Below, piece after piece: positions 49,242-57,912 of a stretch of 64,000 nt of DNA. This DNA comes from a virus (lineage: Duplodnaviria; Caudoviricetes): IMG/VR virus record IMGVR_UViG_3300032243_001145, positions 32,001 to 96,000 of that record, one strand, 5' to 3'. The stretch's first letter is position 1. Each line of letters begins with the position of its first letter. The position numbers were made by a program, and so were the translations under genes. Under the pieces are notes generated by a model. That model searched no databases and was not told the origin of the DNA. It saw only the letters and a program-made list of their open reading frames with translations.

Positions 49242-49938
49242 TATTTTTGTTTACCTTAAGCCTTATAGCCTTAACTTGATGCTTTCCTATAGAGTTGCCT
49301 AGATGATCTAATGCATCTCTATAAAAATTTGTCCACTTGCCAGTTCTGTTTATTTCATATACAAAATTTGCATATTCATTTGAATTAAAAGATTTTGGCG
49401 GCAAAGAACTAATTTCTTCAAAATTTATTTTTGAGTCTTGAAGATCTTCTAAATTAATAGGCAAAATAGAAAAAATTGGAGTGTTTGCTTTAATTGTTAT
49501 TTCAATATTTGGCCTTGTAATTCTTAATGCACAGGGAAGCTCTCCTCTAAAAAAAGAAGAGCTAATCAAAGTAGTAAATGGCTGAATTCCGTCTCTTAAA
49601 TAATTTGGAACAGGCATAGTCAAAATGCTATAATTGCTTTCAGTTTTAAACATTATTCCTGTATTAAAGCTTACGGTTGAATTTCCTCTTTCTGCATAAG
49701 CATATTTTTCTCCTGCAAGTATTTTAACATGCTCAGCACTGGAATCTGAAATTCCATCCCATATAAATGTTATATCTTCTGGAAAAGATATGCCCCACCC
49801 AAGTTGATTTGTTAAACTTATTGGAAAACATTTATAAGCATGTGCTTCCCAGGTTTCATCCATCCAATCTCTTTTAGCTGAAAGCTGTGATATGTCTGCA
49901 TAACCTTCTCTTATTTGATAAGCTTTAATTTCTGGCAT
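49234..49938 (-). CDS. DUF6065-like protein
   Basis: RDWMDET...HAYKCFPISLTNQLGWGI. Start moved to MPEIKA. Confidence 0.78.
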   Translation of the reverse strand: MPEIKAYQIREGYADISQLSAKRDWMDETWEAHAYKCFPISLTNQLGWGISFPEDITFIWDGISDSSAEHVKILAGEKYAYAERGNSTVSFNTGIMFKTESNYSILTMPVPNYLRDGIQPFTTLISSSFFRGELPCALRITRPNIEITIKANTPIFSILPINLEDLQDSKINFEEISSLPPKSFNSNEYANFVYEINRTGKWTNFYRDALDHLGNSIGKHQVKAIRLKVNKNNE

Positions 49939-50584
49939 TTCTTCTTTCAACCATACTTCTATATTCATCATTATGAGCATTATCATTATAGTCAAGCATT
50001 GTAACAATAGAATACTTTGTTCCTTCTTTGACAGGCATAGCTATATGAGAATAAATATATGTAGATGGAAAAATATAAAGATCTCCAGCTTTTGGCTTAA
50101 CTGTAATATTTAATTTTGGAAACGCTAGTTCTCCTCCCAAATATTCTTCATTTGGATAAGCCACTAAAGAAACTGTTGAACTATAAGAAAACCCATGATC
50201 AGCATGTTCTTGAAAATGTTGTCCTGGACCATATGAAATAAAATTCATTACTTCCCAAAAATCCATCCTTACATTATGTGCAGCGCAATAATCTTCAGCT
50301 GCTGGGCCCTGTACTTTTTTTGCCAACTTCCATATTTCATTTAATTCATAATCATATTCATTTTGAGGATATTCTATGGGGCCTAATTTTATATCTTTGC
50401 AATCTCTATAGTCTAATTTTTTTTCATTGTATCCAACAGTAGCATCTCTCCATGAATAGCCACCATTGCTTTTGTCAATTAAATTAACTAGGCGTTCCAT
50501 TAAATTTAGTTCTGGTTTTACAACATCTCTATACACCCAAAGTCCTGGAAATATTATTTCTTTTGTAGTCCACGTTTGTTCCAT
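49925..50584 (-). CDS. 2OG-Fe(II) oxygenase, prolyl-4-hydroxylase-like
   Basis: HAD...YPNEEYLGGE...H...GTKYS (Lys as the 2OG ligand, as in P4H). Confidence 0.9.
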   Translation of the reverse strand: MEQTWTTKEIIFPGLWVYRDVVKPELNLMERLVNLIDKSNGGYSWRDATVGYNEKKLDYRDCKDIKLGPIEYPQNEYDYELNEIWKLAKKVQGPAAEDYCAAHNVRMDFWEVMNFISYGPGQHFQEHADHGFSYSSTVSLVAYPNEEYLGGELAFPKLNITVKPKAGDLYIFPSTYIYSHIAMPVKEGTKYSIVTMLDYNDNAHNDEYRSMVERRNARN

Positions 50585-50598
50585 TTTTTCTCTTTCTC

Positions 50599-51177
50599 TT
50601 ATTTATATTCTAGCATATCATTTGGCAATATGTCAATAATTATATGTACTCTATCAAAATCAGTTGGGTTAGAAACAGAATGAAGCATTTGATTGTTTAT
50701 TTCGTACCATCCGCCTTCTTCCATATGTATAGTATTGTCCATTACAGTAAAAGTTATTAATTTTTTTGTAATTATAGGAATATGTACTCTTCTTGAATAA
50801 TGAAGTAGGGCTCCACCATCAACGTGTTTTCTTATATAAGATTTAGATTTTAATTTAACAAACTCACATCTTATTATTTTGCCAGAATAATAGTTTTCTA
50901 AATCATTAAAAATTTTTTTAAGTTCTTTATTTGATAATTCATTTTTAAGAGAATTAACATAATTAGTTTTAATTGGATCACCAACAGCCCATTCATAATC
51001 TGTTTCACAAATTCTAAACATTTCCGTGTCTGTGTGCGTGTATCCTTTTTTTTGTCTACTTTGATCTAAAAGCCATTCTTCAGAAAATTTTTCAATTTCA
51101 TTTTTTATTTCTTTGACTTCAAATTCTCCTAATTTTAAAATTGACCATTCAGTATTCTTTTTTAATCTTTTGTACAT
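50599..51177 (-). CDS. Aspartyl/asparaginyl beta-hydroxylase-family 2OG oxygenase
   Basis: HVD...RVHIPI...EINNQMLHSVSN...RVHIIID. Confidence 0.85.
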   Translation of the reverse strand: MYKRLKKNTEWSILKLGEFEVKEIKNEIEKFSEEWLLDQSRQKKGYTHTDTEMFRICETDYEWAVGDPIKTNYVNSLKNELSNKELKKIFNDLENYYSGKIIRCEFVKLKSKSYIRKHVDGGALLHYSRRVHIPIITKKLITFTVMDNTIHMEEGGWYEINNQMLHSVSNPTDFDRVHIIIDILPNDMLEYK

Positions 51178-51856
51178 AATCGTACATCTCCATATCTAAT
51201 GAATTTAACTCTTTGATTTTGTCTATGTGTTTTTTATTAAATTTAATTCCTACATCATAAGAAGAATTTGCTTTATCCGAATGCTTAAACGTCATAAAAC
51301 CAAACTCTTTTAATAAACTTTTATTTAAATCTATTTTAAATTGATCAAGCTCATCTAACGTATAAGCTTTCATTTTTTTAATATTTAAAATTACATCTTT
51401 TATATTTAATTTATATTCTTCTAAATACCAAGCACTATTTACTGTATTTTGAAATTGTAAGACATCTTCATTAAATTTTTCTATATTTAATTTACCAGTT
51501 AAAAATTTTGATTGTAAATTAGATTGCATTGTAGACTCTTCTCCATAAAGCCATCTATCTAATTTTTCTTCAGCTTCTTTTCCTGTTCTTTTTGGCCCTG
51601 TTGTATATTTAAAGTAGCTTATAAATCTTTCTACTGGGTCCCTAACTATTGTAAAAATTTCTGGGTTTTCCATATATTCTAATGGCATCAATCCAAAATG
51701 ACCACCTACAAATTTACTTTTTTTAATTTTTTCTGTGTCTATTTTAGTTCTATTTGATATAAAATGTTCTACCCCATTTGATATCAAATGGGGTATTACA
51801 TTATTTTTTATGTATATGCCAGATGTTCTTGGAATATGCAAATGATATATTGACAC
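51149..51856 (-). CDS. Sulfotransferase family 2-like protein
   Basis: 5'-PSB-like HLHIPRTSG, GHFG, 3'-PB-like RDPVERFISY, C-terminal NSLDMEMY. GTG start overlaps the upstream stop (TAGTG). Confidence 0.8.
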   Translation of the reverse strand: MSIYHLHIPRTSGIYIKNNVIPHLISNGVEHFISNRTKIDTEKIKKSKFVGGHFGLMPLEYMENPEIFTIVRDPVERFISYFKYTTGPKRTGKEAEEKLDRWLYGEESTMQSNLQSKFLTGKLNIEKFNEDVLQFQNTVNSAWYLEEYKLNIKDVILNIKKMKAYTLDELDQFKIDLNKSLLKEFGFMTFKHSDKANSSYDVGIKFNKKHIDKIKELNSLDMEMYDYVQKIKKEY

Positions 51857-53190
51857 TAAAACCCTTTACGGTTGTGTACTATCAGGTCTCCTGCAATTAA
51901 AATATCGTTTGGAGAAGCATCAAATTCATAAACGGTTCTTTCTTCATTTATAATTTTTGTTGATTCTACCATTACCTCTTCAAAAATATTTTCATTATTT
52001 TTTACAAATATAGAATCTCCTGGTTCAATAATTCCTGTTGTACTAAAGAAATATGTGCCTTTCTTTTTTGTAAGAATGGTTTGTTCTAGTGAGAATCTCT
52101 TAGAGTAATCATCATTAATAATCATGGTTGCATCTTTTATAGAAGATTTTATTGTTTTAATTTCAGATTTTACTAAATGAATATTATTAATTGATTCTGA
52201 TGACCATGTGTATGGATCTATTGCAAACTCGTCCATCTGACCATCCCATGTAGCTGACCATATTTGATCTCCGATTTGCATTTCTTTTGCTTTTTTAAAT
52301 CCTATCAGATCTCCTGGTGTAACTACCATTATTAGTGTGTCTTCATCAATACACCAGAAGCTTGGTGGTGAGAAGAAGCTTGGTGGTGAGAAGAAGGTTG
52401 GTGGTGAAAAGAATCCTGGTGGTGAAAAGAATGTTGGTGGGAAGAACGGTGGTGAGAAGAAGCTTGGTGGTGAGAAGAAGCTTGGTGGGAAGAACGGTGG
52501 TGAGAAGAAGCTTGGTGGTGAGAAGAAGCTTGGTGGGAAGAACGGTGGTGAGAAGAAGCTTGGTGGGAAGAACGGTGGGAAAAACGGTGGGAAGAACGGT
52601 GCAAGTGTTGTAACCTGATTAGAGCCAGCAGACTCTAATGAAACCCCATTTGCATTTGTAGCTTTCACATAATATGTTTGCGATGTATTAGCAGTTTCAG
52701 CAACAGTATATGATGTTGATCCTGTTGAATATGTTGGGCCATCGCTTGATCTTAGTGTGTAAGTTGTTATTCCCTTTCCGCCATCTGCAGGAGCAGACCA
52801 AGAAACATAGTCTTGATTTACCTGGGCTGTTGCAGATGGAGCGGAAGGGGTTGCTGGAACTGTAGTTGATGTTATAGCAGTAGATGCTGAAGAATCAGGT
52901 GATGTTCCATAAGAATTTGTTGCTGTTATTGTAAATGTATAAGAAGTGGCAGAAGCCAATCCTTCTACTACTATAGGGGATGAGCTTCCTGTTGCTGTTT
53001 GACCACCAGAAGAAGTGACTGTAAATGATGTTGCTGGATAAGTTCCGTCTGGAGTAAATGATACAGTAGCTGCACCATTATTGTATGCCCGATTTGTTCC
53101 TATATCTGTTGCAGATACATTTGTTGGAGCAAATGGAGCTAGGAAATTATCCTGTCCTGATGATTTAATACCAAATTTTTTGTTAGCCAT
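51856..53190 (-). CDS. 2xFN3 - (PPxFF)n repeat - Hint (intein-like) domain protein
   Basis: Two FN3-like domains, about 82 aa of Pro/Phe/Ser repeat, then C-IDEDTLI...VYEFD...LIVHN-RKGF. Confidence 0.85.
   Translation of the reverse strand: MANKKFGIKSSGQDNFLAPFAPTNVSATDIGTNRAYNNGAATVSFTPDGTYPATSFTVTSSGGQTATGSSSPIVVEGLASATSYTFTITATNSYGTSPDSSASTAITSTTVPATPSAPSATAQVNQDYVSWSAPADGGKGITTYTLRSSDGPTYSTGSTSYTVAETANTSQTYYVKATNANGVSLESAGSNQVTTLAPFFPPFFPPFFPPSFFSPPFFPPSFFSPPSFFSPPFFPPSFFSPPSFFSPPFFPPTFFSPPGFFSPPTFFSPPSFFSPPSFWCIDEDTLIMVVTPGDLIGFKKAKEMQIGDQIWSATWDGQMDEFAIDPYTWSSESINNIHLVKSEIKTIKSSIKDATMIINDDYSKRFSLEQTILTKKKGTYFFSTTGIIEPGDSIFVKNNENIFEEVMVESTKIINEERTVYEFDASPNDILIAGDLIVHNRKGF
52354..52599 (-). 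repeat. In-frame tandem repeat of 12-nt (PPFF) and 18-nt (PPxFFS) units
   Basis: Perfect 48-nt higher-order unit at 52441-52488 and 52489-52536; 15 FF dipeptides plus a terminal FW. Confidence 0.95.
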
Positions 53191-53216
53191 TTTTTTCCCC
53201 TATTTCTTTTATTTTA

Positions 53217-55859
53217 TTAAGCTGTTAGGTCTCCAAGAAGTACCCATGTATTTGCTGCTCTTTTTACAAGAGTTGCAGATGACCATTGTGCACGAAGCTT
53301 GTTTCCTGGTGTGTAATTTAATGTTACGCCAGCTGCAGGTGACACTGTTAATGCTCCAGCTCCTACTCTCAGAATATCCAAAGATGTTCCTACTGGATAG
53401 TTTGTTGATGAATCTGCTGGAATTGTTAATGTTGTAGCTCCTGCTGCATTTATTTCAATTAATGAATCACGTTCTGAAAGATTTGAAAGAGTATAGTCTG
53501 TTGTTTTTGAAATAATTGTTGTTCGTGATGGAACACCTTCTTTTGTTTGTGTTCCGTCTGTAAATGCTACACCTGAAGCAGAAGCGGTAATTAGTGCTGT
53601 TGCTGTAATTGCTGGGGCTGTAACTGTACCAGTAAATGTTGGTGAGGCAAGCGGAGCTTTAGTTGCAATTGAGTTTGTAATTGTTGTTGAGAATGATGCG
53701 TCATTTCCAAGAGCAGTTGCAAGTTCATTAAGAGTATCAAGTGCTGCTGGTGCTGATGCTACAAGTGCTGAAACTGCTGTTCCTACAAATGCTGTAGTTG
53801 CAACTTGTGTTGTAGATGTTCCAGCTGCTGCAGTTGGTGCAGTAGGCACACCAGTAAGTGCTGGTGAAGCAAGAGGAGCCTTGAGATCAAGAGCTGCTTG
53901 TGCTGCAGTTGAAATTGGCTTAGCTGAATCTGCTGTATTATCAGCATTTCCAAGCCCTACCATTGTCTTTGTAATACCAGATACTGTACCAGTAAATGTT
54001 GGTGAGGCAAGTGGTGCCTTTAATGCAAGACCTGAGTTAACAGTTGCAGTTAAAGCAAGAGCTGAAGTGTCTGCAATTCCATGTACATTTGTTGTACCTG
54101 AAGTATGTGTTGTAAGGGATGCAGATGATGCTTTTGTATTAATTTGTGTTTGAAGGTTGTCTGCGTTTGTATTAATTGCAGTGACATTAGATTTAATTGT
54201 ATCTATATCAGATGTATGTGTTGCTATATTTGTTGTAGCTGTACCAACTGAAGTATTTATAGTATTAATTTGTGTTTGTATTGAAGATGTTACTCCATCT
54301 AGTGTAGCAATTTCTAACTGAGAAACACCACCAATGGAAGTTGTACTTGGTAAAACAACTGTTCCCGTAAATGTTGGGTTAGCAATTGGCGCTTTTGTAG
54401 ATCCAAGAGCTGTTGCGTCTGCTTGTAAAGTTGTTATATTTGAAGAATTTGTTGAAAGAGTTGAATTTATTGCAGAAAGGTCTGATACAAGACTTGCAAT
54501 TTTGCTTTGTGCAATTGCTGCTGATGCATTAATATCTGCGTTAAGAATTGTTCCATCTGCAATCATTGAAGAAGTAATTGTTCCTGTAGGAAGAGTTACT
54601 GTTCCAGTAAATGTTGGGGAAATTTTTGCAGCGTATGTTGATTGTGCATCAGATATGCTAAGCTTTGAATCTAATTGTGTTTGAATTGGGCTTGTAACAC
54701 CATGAACTCTTTGTATTTCAGCATTAGTTGTATCACCAATTTTTGCTGCATCTGCAAACAATCCTCCAACTTCAAGAGCATCTTTTGTATATGTTGTAAA
54801 ATCAACAACCGTGGTAGGCTCTGCTGTTACTCCAGAGAATAGTTTCCATATGCCATCTGAAGCATCTCTTACAATACCTGAGTGCTGATATGTTCCATTA
54901 TTAAATGCTGCTACAACACCAAGGTCTAAAGCATTTGATTGATTGTTATCGCCAATGTAGATCATTGGGTCATCAATTGAAACATTTGTTGAATTTACAG
55001 TTGTAGTTGTTCCATTAACTGTTAAGTTTCCAGAAATTGTTATATTTTGTGTATTAACATCTGTTGCTGAGACTGTTTGAACCTCAACTAATGGAGCAGT
55101 AAATTTTGTTGATGCATTAATTACTGCAGGAAGTGAAAGTGTTATTCCTGTTCCACTTGAATCATTTGTTTTAACAATTCCTGAACCTGCTGTTATATTT
55201 TCAGATAATGTAAATGTATTTGCAGAATCGTTGTAAGTTGTGGATATTCCACGTCCAGCAACAATTGTAGAAGCAAGTACGTCTTCAACTCTTTCATCAA
55301 TATTTAGCTGTGCTGTTGGAACAAATCCTGAGCTGTCTAGTGATGCAACTCCATTAGCAACTCCACGATCTGAAACAGGTATGTAGTCTGTGTCAACTGT
55401 ATTTGCAAGTCCTGAAATTTGATTATCTACATATGTTTTATTTGCAATTACAGATGTATCAACAGCAACTGTTAGTGTATTTGCTGCATCATCATATACT
55501 TTAGTAATACCTGTTCCAGCTGTTAAGGCTGAGTTAACTGCATCTTGTGCTAGTTCGTTGAAATATGAAGCATCTACTGCAATGGTAATTGTATTTGCAC
55601 CATCGTTATATGTCTTTGTAAGACCACTACCCATTGTAAGGGCTGAATTAATTGCGTCTTGGGATATTTCACCAATCGCTACGTCTGAATTATTTGCATA
55701 TGCAAGGGCAGTCCATGTAGAAGAACCATTACCGAATTTAAATAGGTTAGTGTCTGACTCTACACCCATTTCTCCTGCTGCCAAAATTGGATTTACTGAG
55801 GTCCACTGTGAAGCTGTTCCTCTTCTTACTTGAATTCTTACTGTTGACATATTTGCCAC
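53217..55859 (-). CDS. Fibre protein with Mtd_N-like N-terminal domain
   Basis: IQVRRGTASQW...GEMGVESDT...KFGNG; APLASPTFTG repeats; LDTLNELATALGND; C-terminal WVLLGDL. Confidence 0.82.
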   Translation of the reverse strand: MANMSTVRIQVRRGTASQWTSVNPILAAGEMGVESDTNLFKFGNGSSTWTALAYANNSDVAIGEISQDAINSALTMGSGLTKTYNDGANTITIAVDASYFNELAQDAVNSALTAGTGITKVYDDAANTLTVAVDTSVIANKTYVDNQISGLANTVDTDYIPVSDRGVANGVASLDSSGFVPTAQLNIDERVEDVLASTIVAGRGISTTYNDSANTFTLSENITAGSGIVKTNDSSGTGITLSLPAVINASTKFTAPLVEVQTVSATDVNTQNITISGNLTVNGTTTTVNSTNVSIDDPMIYIGDNNQSNALDLGVVAAFNNGTYQHSGIVRDASDGIWKLFSGVTAEPTTVVDFTTYTKDALEVGGLFADAAKIGDTTNAEIQRVHGVTSPIQTQLDSKLSISDAQSTYAAKISPTFTGTVTLPTGTITSSMIADGTILNADINASAAIAQSKIASLVSDLSAINSTLSTNSSNITTLQADATALGSTKAPIANPTFTGTVVLPSTTSIGGVSQLEIATLDGVTSSIQTQINTINTSVGTATTNIATHTSDIDTIKSNVTAINTNADNLQTQINTKASSASLTTHTSGTTNVHGIADTSALALTATVNSGLALKAPLASPTFTGTVSGITKTMVGLGNADNTADSAKPISTAAQAALDLKAPLASPALTGVPTAPTAAAGTSTTQVATTAFVGTAVSALVASAPAALDTLNELATALGNDASFSTTITNSIATKAPLASPTFTGTVTAPAITATALITASASGVAFTDGTQTKEGVPSRTTIISKTTDYTLSNLSERDSLIEINAAGATTLTIPADSSTNYPVGTSLDILRVGAGALTVSPAAGVTLNYTPGNKLRAQWSSATLVKRAANTWVLLGDLTA

Positions 55860-55882
55860 CCCTTATTTAGACTTATTTGGTA

Positions 55883-55911
55883 ATTATAGCATCACAATAA
55901 TTCCAAAACAA
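55883..55911 (-). promoter_or_regulatory. Promoter upstream of fibre gene and modification cassette
   Basis: TTGTTT-N17-TATAAT with TG extension. Confidence 0.65.
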
Positions 55912-56283
55912 TTAGTTAATTATTCCAGAATCAAATGTCATGCTATATGTATCTGTTGAGTAATCTCCACCATCCGCAAATTTTGTGGCTGTTGTATTTA
56001 CTCCATTTGCATAAACTGTATAGATTGGCTGACCATTATAATCTATAGCCAATCCAATATCCATAAATGTTAAAGCACTTGTATCTTCTGCCGCATCAGT
56101 AAGAAGGGCAATTTCCTTCCAAACACCATTAATCTGAATTTTTAATCTTCCAGTTGATGAGTCGAAGGCAAGGGGGGTTGAATTTAAGACTAAGTTGTCT
56201 ACATTTACTGCTGCATCAAATGTTGCAGGTCCTGCTACGTTAAGGCCATTTTTAACCTTGAAGTTTTTATTTACTATTGCCAT
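55912..56283 (-). CDS. Small virion protein
   Basis: N-terminus MAIVNKNFKVKNGL shared with the upstream gene. Confidence 0.7.
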   Translation of the reverse strand: MAIVNKNFKVKNGLNVAGPATFDAAVNVDNLVLNSTPLAFDSSTGRLKIQINGVWKEIALLTDAAEDTSALTFMDIGLAIDYNGQPIYTVYANGVNTTATKFADGGDYSTDTYSMTFDSGIIN

Positions 56284-56347
56284 TTAAGTTCACATATCCC
56301 CTAATTGTTTTAATGGGGTTTTGGAAGGACCCCATACCTTTTATTAA

Positions 56348-57889
56348 TTATTTAATTAGTGTTGCATAAACCATTACATCTGTTGATGCGTAGGTTGTTG
56401 TTACTGATATCGAAACGCTACCTGAAGCATATGCTGCTGATATTGTTCCTAGGTCGGTTCCAGTTGTAATTGAACCAAATTCTGTTATTGCTACGTTATT
56501 GCTTGTATCAAGTGTTAAGAGAACTTCAGAAACCTGAGTGTTTACTCCATTTTTAAACTTAACAAGTGCCTTTGCTGTACGGTAGTCAGATCCTGACCAT
56601 GTTAGAGCATTTACAGTTCCAGCTGAAGAAACTGTTGTGGTTGCTGCCCGTACTGCTGCTACATCATTTACATTAACTACTGTAAATGGTGTTGTGCCAT
56701 TTAATTGAGCAGCATTTGCTGCTGCTTGTGTGGCGCTAGCTGAAGCAATTGCCTCAGATTTAGCAGTTGCAATTGCTGAGTTACGGTCTGTAACTTCACC
56801 TGAAATTGCTGTTGAAATTGCTGAATTACGAGCCGTAGCTTCTGCTGCAACTTTAGATGTGGCGTCTGCTGCTGCTGTAGCCTCTGCTGCTGCTTTGGCA
56901 TCGTTGGCTTTAGTTGTAGCATCTGTTGCTGCTGCAGACTGTGCTGCATTAGCCTTTGTAGTTGCATCTGCTGCTGCAGTTGTAACTGCTGATGCAATGT
57001 CTGTTGCAACTTGTGTAGAATTAGCTTTTGTTGCTAATGCTGTTGTAATAGTTGTTGTGTAATTAGCATCATCATTAATTGCTGCTGCTAATTCATTTAA
57101 AGTATCTAATAACGCTGGTGCGCCATCTACAACTGCTGAAACTGCTGTTGAAATTGCTGTGTTACGATTTGAAACTTCTGTTGAGATTGCTGCGGTAAGT
57201 GCTGCTGCTGCAGTTGCTTCCGCTGCTGACCTTGCTGCATTAGCCTTTGTAGTTGCATCTGCTGCTGCAGTTGCTTCTGCTGCTGACCTTGCTGCATTAG
57301 CTTTTGTAGTTGCATCAGTGGCTGCTGCTGACTGTGCTGCATTAGCCTTTGTAGTTGCATCTGCTGCTGCAGTTGCTTCTGCTGCTGTTTTAGCAGTTGC
57401 AATTGCAGTGTTTCTGTCAGAAACTTCTGTAGCAATTGCTGATGCAATTGCTGAGTTACGAGCAGTTGCTTCAGCGGCTACTTTTGATGTAGCATCTGTT
57501 GCTGCATTTGCCTGTGCGCTTGATGCTGCACCTGCTGCATCGTATGCTGCTGCTGTTGCAGCTAATGCACGAGCATTTGTGAAATATAGATTTGATCCTT
57601 CTGCAAGATCGGCAGTATTATGGTTTGAAAGGCTTGAAACTGTTCCTGTTACGTTACCAGTTAAGTTACCAACAATGTTTGCTGTAATTGTGCCTGCTGC
57701 AAAGTTTCCTGAGCCGTCACGCTTTACTACAGTATTAGGAGTATTGGCTGTGTCCGCTGATCCGCCAACTGTGCTGATGATGAAGGCTGTTGATGCCTCT
57801 GTTAATACGTTATAGCCATTTACCGTTGCGACGGAACCGTCGACGATAAGACCATTTTTTACTCTAAAGTTCTTATTTACTATTGCCAT
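56348..57889 (-). CDS. Ala-rich coiled-coil fibre protein
   Basis: (AADATTKANAA)n repeats, EGSNLYFT motif, C-terminal DYRTA domain. Confidence 0.8.
   Translation of the reverse strand: MAIVNKNFRVKNGLIVDGSVATVNGYNVLTEASTAFIISTVGGSADTANTPNTVVKRDGSGNFAAGTITANIVGNLTGNVTGTVSSLSNHNTADLAEGSNLYFTNARALAATAAAYDAAGAASSAQANAATDATSKVAAEATARNSAIASAIATEVSDRNTAIATAKTAAEATAAADATTKANAAQSAAATDATTKANAARSAAEATAAADATTKANAARSAAEATAAAALTAAISTEVSNRNTAISTAVSAVVDGAPALLDTLNELAAAINDDANYTTTITTALATKANSTQVATDIASAVTTAAADATTKANAAQSAAATDATTKANDAKAAAEATAAADATSKVAAEATARNSAISTAISGEVTDRNSAIATAKSEAIASASATQAAANAAQLNGTTPFTVVNVNDVAAVRAATTTVSSAGTVNALTWSGSDYRTAKALVKFKNGVNTQVSEVLLTLDTSNNVAITEFGSITTGTDLGTISAAYASGSVSISVTTTYASTDVMVYATLIK
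56860..57400 (-). repeat. Near-perfect in-frame repeats encoding DATTKANAA units
   Basis: Repeated GCATTAGCCTTTGTAGTTGCATC blocks on the + strand. Confidence 0.8.
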
Positions 57890-57912
57890 AATTTATGACT
57901 CCTCTTACTGCT

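Noticed and set aside
45582-51177. Oxygenases as TET/JBP or AlkB DNA-modifying enzymes
   Set aside because: Motifs (YLNDDYEGGE, KPKAG) are P4H-like and the context is virion structural. Not formally excluded.
51856-52353. Canonical mobile intein
   Set aside because: No C/S/T at +1, only a 4-aa C-extein and no homing endonuclease; better described as a BIL/Hedgehog-type Hint domain.
52354-52599. Possible CRISPR array, given the Cas4-like gene
   Set aside because: Units are contiguous with no unique spacers, are multiples of 3 and lie within a CDS; no cas1/cas2 seen.
52332-52618. Alternative-frame ORFs over the repeat (GGEKKL..., VVRRSL..., HHQASS...)
   Set aside because: Shadows of the stop-free PPxFF repeat. 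Only the PPxFF frame joins the FN3 and Hint domains.
56303-56325. GGGGT...ACCCC hairpin as a terminator
   Set aside because: Short stem on the coding strand and no clear U tract; too weak to call.
56701-57447. Gln-rich minus-strand ORFs
   Set aside because: Out-of-frame readings of GCA-rich Ala repeats within 56348..57889.
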